A stretch of DNA of 64,000 bases from Callorhinchus milii (Eukaryota): contig NW_024704743.1 in NCBI RefSeq assembly GCF_018977255.1, positions 97,714,001 through 97,778,000 on the forward strand, in the 5' to 3' direction. Under the pieces are notes generated by a model that saw only the letters and a list, made by a program, of their open reading frames with translations, did not search any database and was not told the DNA's origin. Positions 27,299 to 38,225 of this stretch are shown one piece after another; position 1 is the stretch's first letter; every line of letters begins with the position of its first letter. The position numbers and the translations under genes were made by a program.

Positions 27299-27426
27299 CC
27301 ACATCTATGCCGGACAACATCCCTGCTCAGCCTCTCAGCAAGGTACTTCCCTATTCGATCCAGTTTATCTGGAGCCGAAACTGCGTAGAAGGTCAACTTC
27401 TCCATATCAGCTTTAACAAGACCATC
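27299..27426 (-). CDS. EFR3A: EFR3A exon 3 (128 nt): DGLVKADMEKLTFYAVSAPDKLDRIGKYLAERLSRDVVRHRC(G)
   Basis: tatcag|GATGGT...TGTGG|gtaagt, in frame with exons 2 and 4. Confidence 0.97.
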
Positions 27427-28308
27427 CTGATAGGCCAAAACAAGACAGCAAACTTATCAGTGAACATTTCCAAAGGATATGTGTACCTTACACAACAAAA
27501 AGATTTGCACAATAGTTATGATATAATAATCTGGGTTCATACACTCAGACCCCACATTAAACCATAGCATGAAAATGACTGCCTTCTGGATCATTTTTGA
27601 CATCACTTCCTATGTGTTGTGCGCTATTGGCAATAAGTTACATCAGCAACAACCTGATAATCCAGAAGGTGACCATTCTTTAGCATGAGAAACTGGCCTG
27701 TCAGTGTCAGAATTTGGATGTACTCACAGTATGCATGCGCTGCAAAATAAACCATTGCTGAACCATGGTGTTTTATAATGGGGTTGCCCTGTATATCTAA
27801 ATCCAAGGGTATCAATTTCTGTGCTGATGAGTCCAATACTTTGGGCATTCAATTGCAAGTCGCCCACATCAATATACTTAAATTCCAAACCTAAGAATAC
27901 TAACGCAACTCATTGCACTAATGTGATTTTTTCCCATTTCTTCCATCAGTTATTCTTACAGCCCCAAAGCAAAGTTACCAGATTGTGGAAACTTTGCACT
28001 GTGGGTCTGAGCCAACTGGGAAATTGTTTAAAAATTATTCAAGTCATTTTACTTGGAACTCTTACAGCCAGCAAAGAGAACCTTTCATATCAGAGAGGGA
28101 CAAATTGCAATCTACTTCCCACAGTTGAGTATGCATTAACCTACTGTGCCTTAGGGTTCTTACCCAAGGATTCAAATTATATCAAACCAGTGCTTCGCAG
28201 CAAAGAGAGAAAGATCCAAGATAGATTTACTGGATTGATCTTCCTCTTGAGGTATTTTTATCACTTCGTTATATCCAAACATTGTATTCATAAAAAGATT
28301 TTCTAATA

Positions 28309-28486
28309 CAATAAAATCCTCATAACTCATCTCTCAAAAGGAAAAGGGCTCAGTGATGAACTATCCAGAGTGGCAAGTTAGGCGTATGTATAAATACATA
28401 AGTAAATGCGGCCGGGATATTGACAGCATGATGACTTTAGTGGTAGTCACAAGTTAATCCAGGGTCAAGTTATCAGCAGTTTACTG
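28309..28486. mobile_element. MITE, Tc1/mariner (Tigger/pogo)-like
   Basis: TA|CAATAAAATCCTCATAACT ... AGTTATCAGCAGTTTACTG|TA imperfect TIRs. Internally homologous to 38080-38225. Confidence 0.7.
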
Positions 28487-29094
28487 TATGAACATACTCA
28501 TGCATTAGCACCTACAATTGCAATCATTGATAATGTAGCTGTAATAAAGTTCTGGTCTTCTGAGATCTTATTGTTTTGCAGGATGAAAATTCCTTCCTGG
28601 TATAGAATATGGAAAAAGTGAACCAGACAAGATGGTACTGTACTTTACACTTTTATAAAGCCAAGTACCATGCTGCTCTGTTTACCTTTTAACCTAATCT
28701 ACAAGGAATAAAACACTTATTTAAAAATAAAATGCTGAATTTCACAATTGTAAACAGGAGACACATTTTTAAGTACAGTTTGTCAAAGTCTGTATATTGC
28801 TGCAAACCTTCTGAATGCAGTAACGCACAAATTTAAAGCATCAAATCATTGATCTGTTTAGTGCGAAAATGCCAAGTGAAGGCAGCTAGTCATGTTGCAC
28901 CTCAACACCTTCTGGCGCTGAATGTTTGAGACCTCTCACCATGAAACACATATCAGGCAGTCTCACAGATCCTTCCAACATAGTCTATAGGATGCAGAAA
29001 TTATGGTCACCAGAAATTAAATATATAGGATATGAACAGATGTACAAAGCATGTGAGAGCACAGAGACAGAGACATACACAGATAGTGTGTGTT

Positions 29095-29345
29095 TACACC
29101 TGAGCTGGGGTTGGGCAGCACAAGGTGGTAGGCAGAAAGATGACCGAAGACGCAGTCAATAAGGAAGGTCTTGAGATGGATCTAGGGAGGCCAGGGAAGA
29201 GGAGAGTTATAGGGATGGATTGAGTTCCAAAGAGTGGGGGAGATAGGCTGAGTGATGGTGGGGCCGGGGGATATGAAGCATACCAGTGCCCACCAAGTAG
29301 AGGGAGCAGATGGGTTTGTAAGATTTGAGAAGGTCATGGAGATAA
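29095..29345 (-). mobile_element. Degenerate L2 3' fragment
   Basis: APPYLHDLL, LHIPRP and TLWNSI motifs on the minus strand. Confidence 0.7.
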
Positions 29346-30878
29346 GGTGGGGCAAAAGCAAGGCGGAAGCAGGCAAGCGTAAGCAATTCTCTGGCATTGG
29401 TAAGATATAGGAAGTAAGAAACAAAAAGTAATAGCAGATGCAGTGTTAATTCTCCTTCCACCAGACAGTGCACAAATAACTGAACTTAGTAATAAAAACA
29501 GGGCAGCTTCATAATAAGCAACCGTATCATACTGGCAAGTGAATTCCAACATTTGCTCAAACACAACTTGGACTCTCAAAGTTTTTAAGTTCCCAGAAAA
29601 TGAAAAGACATTGTTGCTAGAAAGATGGTGGAGTTGAGGCGTTGAGACGTGTTAGAGGAGTACATGACAATTGCTTCATTGAATATTCCAAATAGGGCTA
29701 ACATCTCAATTATGTTAGTGGTTTGTGACGCATTCCAAGCCAGCGAGCGCTTCTTCACAAAATGTTCCTTTTTGCATTTGATTCTATTTTCAAACTGCCT
29801 TTCGTCAATGATAGTTAACTTTGTGATTTAAGCCTACTCTGGAATCCTCCAAAGACCGGGTGAAGGTTTTATGTCTAGTAAATAATTATTTAACCTGAAA
29901 TACATAACATTACCAAGTTGCCATCATATAAGCTCTAAGGTGAGGAGCAAAAAGGCAGTTCAGAATGACCGTGCCAAGCACTGGAATTCATTTCCACAGG
30001 TGCTGTCACCCAGAATCAGCAATATGAAGAGTGATTTCAGTTTTGTTGTTACAGAAATCCATAATAATGTGAAGCCCTGAAACAATCCATACGCCTGCAG
30101 GCAATAACGTGAACTCCATCAATATGTCACTGAACAGCTTCAATGCTGTCCAGTCTTGTGGGTACCTCCACGACTCTCGACTTATTTTATTTTCAATCCA
30201 TTGTCATCCAGGCATTTGTTTCTTTAAAATCGCTTTTGTGGTGCACTGACCTCTCTGGTCACATTTGCCAGTAGTTTGGCAGTATGATTCACCTCTTTCA
30301 CTTCCAATTTTCAATCAAAGGTTAGTGCTTGTGTTTGTTTCATTATGTTCCTGTTGCTCGGCTTGGTTCTTTTGAATTATCTGACTTTTAGTGGCTAAAA
30401 ATAACATTCTCTCCATCACAAGCTTTCCTGGGTGCATCTTTATTCGCTTGTTCTATGCTTCTCTGAATATCTTCCTCTTCCCATACTTCACTTGAATCAT
30501 GAAATATGGTCTTCCTCCTCTTCAGAAGCAAACAATGTTACAAATGAACTTAATTGAATGGTCTCCTATGCCAACAATTTTTTTTAGTATATCAAGGTGG
30601 AGCTCATCAATCTCCTACCTGCAAGTAATTTATAACCTTAGTTGATCAAAAACCAATTCAACTAATCTGGAGCCATTGTACAGCATTCCGAGACGTTATT
30701 CTGTGGAAGGGCGCTATATAAATGCAAGTTGTTGTTGTGTTTTACATAGTTGAAGTTTAGACTATTTAGCTCCGAAGTCCAATTAAGCAAAAGACCAAAA
30801 ATATACATTTTGCAAAACAAAACAAGGACTGAAGTTCTGTTCTATTATATTACATTATTAATATACAAACACACTTAC

Positions 30879-30955
30879 CTTTGGATCTTCAGGGAATATG
30901 TTATCTACTAAGCGCTTGTATCGAGGGCGCAAAGCACCACAGCAACCACATACTC
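30879..30955 (-). CDS. EFR3A: EFR3A exon 2 (77 nt): (G)VCGCCGALRPRYKRLVDNIFPEDPK
   Basis: cacag|GAGTATGT...CCAAAG|gtaagt. Contains the Cys palmitoylation cluster and the conserved LRPRYKRLVDNIFP motif. Confidence 0.97.
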
Positions 30956-32849
30956 CTGTGTAAATACAAATAAGTTACATCAGACTGGATCTGAAAAAGT
31001 GCAGTGTATAAATAATGCATTTGAAGAGATAATGAGCTACTTACAATATAACGTTTATTCACTGATATTGCTATACTAACTTTAGAAAGTTTAACCATTG
31101 ACTAATGTATGCTAGAAATTACTTACCGACCAACTGTTATTAACCTTTAGTTTTGAAGTTATACTAATTATAAAAGCGCTTTGGGACATCCTCCTGATGT
31201 GAAAGGCGCTATACAAATGTAACTTTGAATTTTTGTATTTGTACTAGATGATTCAATTGCTCTAAAAGTTACTAATCTCACACGCAGCCATTTATAGTGG
31301 GAATGGCACTTTGAACAAAAGCATCTAATTCTTGCACACATCAGCTTTTCAATTGGAGGGAAATATGTCAAAAAAAAAATTTGTTTTCTTTCCAGAATTC
31401 TTAGTGTATGCTGGATTTGGAGTTAATATCCAAATCCATGTTGATACATGTATTGTGTCTCTCAGTGTCAGTTAGGAGAAACAAAATCTTAAAAAAAAGG
31501 AATGGGAATAGATTAGATAGCATCAGTAGGGGACTAGCACTAGCAGATTCAATGGGCTGCAAATATTCTGGGATACTCTTTCAAACAGGCAGACTGCGGC
31601 AGCCATACATCATATTAATCAGGAAAAAAATTATACTGGTTGTGATAAACCTCTATAACAATAGTTATCAGATATATTGCATTATTTCCAATTTTCTGTA
31701 TTATTATTATGTGTCACACTGTCGGCTGGTCCCCCAAAAATTGTTAACCTAATCTATCATAACTAATCTCATACCTTAAAATATTACCAAAGTACCAGTG
31801 AATTATTAAATAAGCATTCACATTACTTAATTCTGAACAGTACACGGACTTATACAGTGCAGGAGTAATGTTATTCCTGCATAACACGGTTTAAAATCTT
31901 GGCTGAAAGGCGAGAGATACAGCACCATTGAGCTGCAATCACAGAAAGAGTGCATTAGTAGAATTCTCTACCTCACAACACATTCTCTAGCTACTGAAGG
32001 CAGATAAGCAATGTATTTGTCATTAAAGTAGGTACCTAAGGCAGCATGCCAAACAATTACAAAGTGAATGTCACTGATCAGAAACAAAAAAATAAATGAG
32101 AAATTCAGTCAGTTTCCTAAAAGTTCCATGAGGCAGAGATACAAATAACACCTGCAACTCATATAGTGACTGGATTTGCAAGCAATAGGGACAGTTCTAC
32201 CATCACCCATGGTTTCCATTATTCTTCAACACAGCTCATGTCTCGAATTCAACACTAGGTCAGTTGTGCCGAAATGAGCAATCAATTATTTAGCAAGAAA
32301 TGAAGCAGCATCAGTTACACTGGATCACTTAAAACCCTATTCGTTGAGAAAATAGAATCAAAGGCCTGGATCTTGCCTCTGAAAACTATCACACTTAAAT
32401 GTGATCTTTTGGAACATTAAGGACAAAATAGCTACTGGCTAAACAAATCTTGAATTATGTGCAGCACTGCACAAGGGTAGCTTCAATTTGTTCTGGCTTC
32501 CAATTCAATAAACATTATTTAAAACTTGAATGAAGTCTAACGTTGAATGTAGTTAAGGTACAAACAAAACAATGGTTACAGAACAATAATTACCAAGATA
32601 GTCATTAACAACATTTCAGAATCTATTTTTAGAACAATTTTTATTTTATTACACTGTCCGTGTAAAATAATTCAATAAAGGTATCAATTTGGTTCAGTTG
32701 ATATCACTCTCTCCTCAGGTGTGTATGTGCATGCACTGATCACCTTTTGGAGTGAGTTCAGGTGCATCTGTATCAATGTAGATTGGAAGGAAGACTGTGA
32801 ATTTTATATGCTTTGGCATCTCCCAACCTCTCCAAAGTGATTACACCCA

Positions 32850-33147
32850 CACTCCTTTACCTGCCTTCTTCTTTCAACTGGTTCCGGCCTCCTGCATGTC
32901 ACTCGTCCCCTCCGGTGCATCATCAGCGGCCGTGCTTTCAGCCACACTATTGAGCTCTCTCTGTCAATCCTGCCACCTTGCCCCTCTTTGCCATTCTTCA
33001 GATCGTGCCCGACGAACTTGTTTTGACCATGCCTACAATAACTTCTCTCTGTCTTCCCAGCTCAGTGTCAAGGTCCATCACTATTAAGCGCTTTGAGATG
33101 TTACCCCAATGTGAAGAGCCCTATATAAAATGCAAGTTGCTGTTGTC
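32850..33147 (+). mobile_element. Degenerate L2 3' fragment
   Basis: ggccgtgctttcagccac...ttttgaccatgcctac...tail aagcgctttgagatg...aaatgcaagttgctgttg. Confidence 0.65.
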
Positions 33148-34615
33148 GAACACAGTATGTAATCCAAATAAGTATGGCACTCTTACCACACTGCAGTGCA
33201 GATTTGGAAAAGATGCAACTGGGAGATATACAGAAAAGCATTCGCAAAGCAATCATAGGGAATTTGTTTCTTAGTTCAGTATTAAACTGCAGTTCTATCA
33301 ACTCTATTTGGAAGCGAGAAGGTCCGTTGTCCACCTCGACTATAAAGCGAATGAAGTTCTGTGAGAACTCACTGAAAAAGTGACAGATTTTTTGCAAAAT
33401 GTTATGTATCATGTGGAAGAGAATCAGGATGTTTTTTGTTGAAATTCGGGAGTGTTGAAAGCAGACAAAGTTGTTTCCTTGCATTTGTCTCTCCCGCAGT
33501 TGAAGTCAAATGCACCACACAGCCATGCAGTGTGCCAAATTGATCCTGCCCTTTAAGACATGTTCAGAAGATTCAAGTACTTGGTCATATCCACCAGAAA
33601 TGCCAGACGGTATAACCAATCTGATAATTAAGATACTTCAACGTGTTGGAATGTCATGCCAATGTGAAAGGTGCTATACCTATGTAAGTTTGTTGTTCTT
33701 TATCACAATGTATAGAATGCATAAATTGCGCATCTCTGCCCTCAATAAATACAAACTTTGCAAAACTGCACTAGATTCAACCAACTAACTTCACAATGGT
33801 ACAGTGGGTCTCCATATTGACTGACCAGTTCTTCCAGAAAGCTGGTAAACTGGCAATGAATCAATCCCTGAGCATGGATGAAGTTTACTATGACATCCAT
33901 TAGAGATTCAATCCATTATTTTTCCACAGAGATTTTGTAGGTGAATAATGTTGCGGGAAGGTGTGAACTGCAATTGTGAATTCAGTTTGTCACTTAGCTT
34001 TCACTCTGGCAACTACTCCTAGTTAGTTCTTTCTTGATGCTCCATCTGGAGCAAGAAAAATCAGCTCTATCCATGCACTCAACCAATTTCAATAAGACAT
34101 CTGCTCCTGTTGTTCAGCCCATCAGCCCATCAGTGAGGCAAGTTCAAACAACTCTTTTATGATACTGAAATTCTGTCACACCCTCAAATAAATATAGGAG
34201 ACTTTCAAGTCTGTACTTTCATCGACAGCAATTCAATAGGCAACAAACTGCTGGGTGTTTCTACTCAGCTGTTGCTGCACATTTTCAGCAAGGTCATCAA
34301 TTTAAACAACCACAGTGTTTGGAGAGATAGTAATATTGTAAAATGATTGTTTCTTTGCTTTTCTGGACACATATGCCGAGTTAAGCTATGTTTGAGGCTT
34401 ATTTTCAACTCAAAGTTATTGTTATTGCAATATCTATATCTTTGAAGCGATGTGCATATGTTATATGTTCATCCTTTGTATACATCACAGCAAATACCAC
34501 CACCATTAGCCTACATTCCATATCACAAAGAGGAACTAACTTGACATTCGATCTTCTATGTCACAATAAGATTTATATATTAAAAAAAGTACAAAAATAG
34601 TGTGCTTCAGCTTAC

Positions 34616-34706
34616 CACAGGACAGCAAGGGTCTTGGCTCCGACCCAATGTTAAATCTATAGAGCTGTTCAGGCTCAGCTCTGGGTACCCGATTGTACCT
34701 TCGCAT
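34616..34706 (-). CDS. EFR3A: Candidate alternative first coding exon of EFR3A (MRRYNRVPRAEPEQLYRFNIGSEPRPLLSC-G)
   Basis: ATG at 34706-34704 with an upstream in-frame TGA, 91 nt open, ending at a phase-1 donor TGTG|GTAAGC that is in frame with exon 2. Candidate acceptors: ttctttgctgcag| (exon edge 34747) and aattttctag| (34810). Confidence 0.55.
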
Positions 34707-35309
34707 GTCTTCCAATCTGCAGCTTCAGGCTTAAGTGTTGGGTTTCACTGCAGCAAAGAATTCTATATCAACAGCCAGACACATAATCTCTCGTCTTACA
34801 GGAAAGAAACCTAGAAAATTGCACTGGACACCATCAGGCAAGAAACAATTTATAATTAACATTGAGTGTACGCCAATGTTAAAGAGATCGACTGCAACAC
34901 AGAGTTACAGCTGTGTTTTCCTACCCATAGAGATATGTTTGGGCCAAGATAGATGCCCCCTCCCTAACTTCTGTGTTATGGCAGGGAGTGAGAGTGTTCT
35001 TAACTCAAGAAGGCAGGAATCAAAATGATCTGCTTAACACACGAGTTTGGCAAGGTATTCAGCAGTAGATCTGAATCGGACTATTTGTACGAAGCTGGTG
35101 GAAATCCTCTATTCAATTTTTGCTGGAACTGATCATATGAGAAAAAAATAGTGAGGAGGCAACATTAGTAATTAGCTATTCGTTTGGCTTCGCAAACTCA
35201 TTTTACAGAAAGAGACCTTCTAATAAAATAAAATGTGAAGAACAGTCTACTGGGAGGGCAGTGGAAAAATGTAATTTCAGTTCAGCACCAAAATCCAGAT
35301 ATTGGACAC

Positions 35310-35625
35310 TCCACACTTTTACAGGGGGTGGGGGTGAGGGCGGAACGTACTTTGTCAGAAGTGCCTTGGATAAGACAAACAATTCAGGTAAACTTTAAAG
35401 ATCCTGTGACACTATTTGAAAAAAGAAGCGAGTTTCTCCCTGTGTCCTAGACAACAATCCACCAAATAAAAAATATATGATTCCCTTCATGGTTGTTTAT
35501 GGGCCCCTGCTGTGCGCAAATTGGCTACCACATCTGCCTACAAACACGCAACATCATACTTCAGAGTAACCTGTGCAAAGTACTTTGAGACAATGACTCG
35601 ATACGATGCTGCAACAAATGCAAGG
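35310..35625 (+). mobile_element. Degenerate long Deu SINE
   Basis: gcactatttgaa-like body and the gctgtgcgcaaattggctacc core. Confidence 0.6.
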
Positions 35626-37197
35626 ACAGAACTAAATACCTAATTGCATAAGCCTCAAAAATGCCTTAAAAGCTTGCAAAAGAATGGAATATCATTCAAC
35701 TGGGTCATGGTTTCTACATAGAAAATATTCTGAGAATACAATTTTTCAGTTTTCCCACATGGCTTTATTACAAAGCCAGAGATGTCCTTCAGAGAGAGAG
35801 CAGGACCTCCATCTGTTATCCAGAAGGGCTTTAATCGAGGCCATACGCTATATGGCCGATTCTCTTGCCAAAACCTAATGTCGTTGTGAATCCTGATTAT
35901 ATCACACGTAAGTAGGTTTTCACGTATGTTTTCAAAAAATGTGATCTAAGAATCTTTGGTTATTATTATTTATTATTAATACAATTACTATTATTTGGTT
36001 ATCGTGAATTCAACAACATTGCACTGCAATTCAAACAACCACGTCTCTCGGAATAACCTCAACATTTATGGTAAAAGGATTCCGGCTAGCAAATGAACAA
36101 CTCTTCAGACCTGAGCAAATGAATCCCATTAAGGACGAGTGCTGAAAAGTCAGAATGTAAAATGTGGAGGTGTGAGTTTGTGAGACTTTGATGTCTTGAC
36201 AACACAAGCAGATTATGTGTTGGTTTCTCCACAGACACTTTTCTTTGAATAGGAGTGATGGTAATACTAAGAAATGGTTCACTTTTCCAATTTCCATATC
36301 ACGGTCAAGCACCCCAGGCCAAGTACAGCACAAATTAGATACAGAGCAAAGTTCAATTTACTTTGCTGTACCAATGTAGCTCAGTCCTAATCTCCGAAAA
36401 GGTCTCCTACTGCTACAGGAAAATATTTACAGACTAGATTACATACTTTAAGATGTCCTCCTGATGTGAAATGCACTATGTAAATGTAAAATTGTTGTTG
36501 CAGCAATTCTCTGGCCTTGGGAGTCAGATTTAGAGCTGCAAACACACACAATTTTATCCATTAGCAACTGGGTGGAAAAGTTTCCAAACTAATTTTGTAT
36601 AAGACTCTTAAAAGCTAAGAGATGAAATGATTTCTTCTCCAACGTTTGGAGATGCATTCAGCTTCCACAGACATGCATTTTTCAGAAGAGGCTGCTGCAC
36701 AGCAATTGGAAGCTCAGTCTGGTTTTCTCTCTTTAACCTAAGGACACTGAATCTATTTTTAGCACTTTTACTGCAAAGATCAGGGGATCGAACTTGTAGA
36801 CTTGGAGCGTTCCAGATTTGTATGAATAAATTTCACTCAGGTAGACTACCAAACAACCTGTTAGGAACCATTTTCAATCTGGACAACCAAACTGCAGAGC
36901 ACTAAAAACATTTGAAACTCTGCTAACATCTTATGTCAGAATATTGGCCTTCCTTGGTCAACACAGTGTTTATAGTCAATGCTTATCTTGTGAAATAATT
37001 ATGGCATGTGCTTAAAGGCAGAAACACAACACAGACTTCAGTATCACCATAATAAGCAGTTGCTGTTAGTTTTCTGCAAGCCGACAGTTCAGAGACTGTC
37101 CCAAAGAGTTAATCATTCAGAGATACAAAACTTCCAGTCAAACACTTACTCACGTCAAAGGAACAAAGATCCATATCCGATGATTCTCGAGGAAGTA

Positions 37198-37570
37198 AAT
37201 AATAATAATAATAATAATCCTTGCATTTGATATATAGTGCCTTATCATGTCTTCGAGGCATCTCAAAGTACTTCACAAGATATACTGTAAAGTGAATTGA
37301 CTGTGTATTTTGTGGGCCAAACGTGGCAGCCAATTGCACAAAGCAGTGTCCCACACAGTCATGCATTGGGTGACCAAATTTTAAATTTTTTTTTGAAGGG
37401 AATATTACCCCCGGAAAAGCGATCGCCAATCGACTAACAACCGGGCTCCTACTTACTGCCAGGTAAATAGAGGAGTGTGAAGTAAGAAAACTTGCCTAAG
37501 GTTTCGCCCTGCCCGGAAATCAAACCCAGGCCCTTTCGCTTGCGAGGTGAGTGCTCAAACCGCTGAGCCA
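37198..37570 (-). mobile_element. Short-family tRNA-SINE, variant with about 60 bp of extra internal sequence
   Basis: Head ggctcagcggtttgagcactcacctcgcaagcg, an extra segment shared with the 18621 copy, then Deu core and (ATT)n tail. Confidence 0.85.
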
Positions 37571-37580
37571 TCAATAAATT

Positions 37581-37705
37581 CAGGTCATCAACCTGAAACG
37601 TTAACTCACTTTCCTCTCTCCATAGATGCTGCCTGACCTGCTGAGTGTCCCAGTGACTTCTTTCTTTATTTTAGAATTCCAGCATCTGCAGTATTTTGCC
37701 TTTTG
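37581..37705 (+). mobile_element. Penelope-like element terminal remnant (shark-type repeat)
   Basis: aggtcatcaacctgaaacgttaact...agatgctgcctgacctgctgagt...ttccagcatctgcagtattttg. Recognised from memory as a common chondrichthyan repeat, not verified by search. Confidence 0.6.
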
Positions 37706-38079
37706 TTTAACTAATATTGATTGGTTTAAGGGCTTTCCTTCCGACATCCATGTGTCGGTAAGATGGTCTAATGAGAGCGTGGGATGGGTTGATGGACAAA
37801 TGGATGGCCCGTTGGGAGCACAACTCACTGTAGCAAATTGAACTTGACCTGACCGCACCAGAACTTTAAACAAGCTGTGGCTCCAACTTTTTGCACCAAA
37901 AAAAATGTCTTTCTGACAACCGTATTTATAATATGGTATTTTCTGAGAATAACTTGGTTAACTAACACTTTTTGTCTAAACAGTAAGCAGCAAGTTTGTA
38001 CACAAGTTGATTATTTCAATTTATTCATTTACAACGGTGCACTGCACATGCTGCATTAAAATACATAGCAATTCAAACA

Positions 38080-38225
38080 CAGTAAACTCCTGATAACTTG
38101 TCACTCCAAGGGGAAAAGATCTCAGTGACAAGTTATCCGGAGTGTCGAGTTAGACATATGTATAAATAATAAATGCGGCAGGGATATTGACAACATGATG
38201 CCAGGATCGAGTTATCAGTTTACTG
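38080..38225. mobile_element. MITE, Tc1/mariner (Tigger/pogo)-like
   Basis: CAGTAAACTCCTGATAACT ... AGTTATCAGTTTACTG|TA TIRs, plus an internal 14-bp inverted repeat gataacttgtcact/agtgacaagttatc. Confidence 0.75.

Noticed and set aside
31121..31140. Strong donor TCG|GTAAGT near exon 2
   Set aside because: There is no upstream ATG or convincing acceptor, so it is probably a cryptic site.
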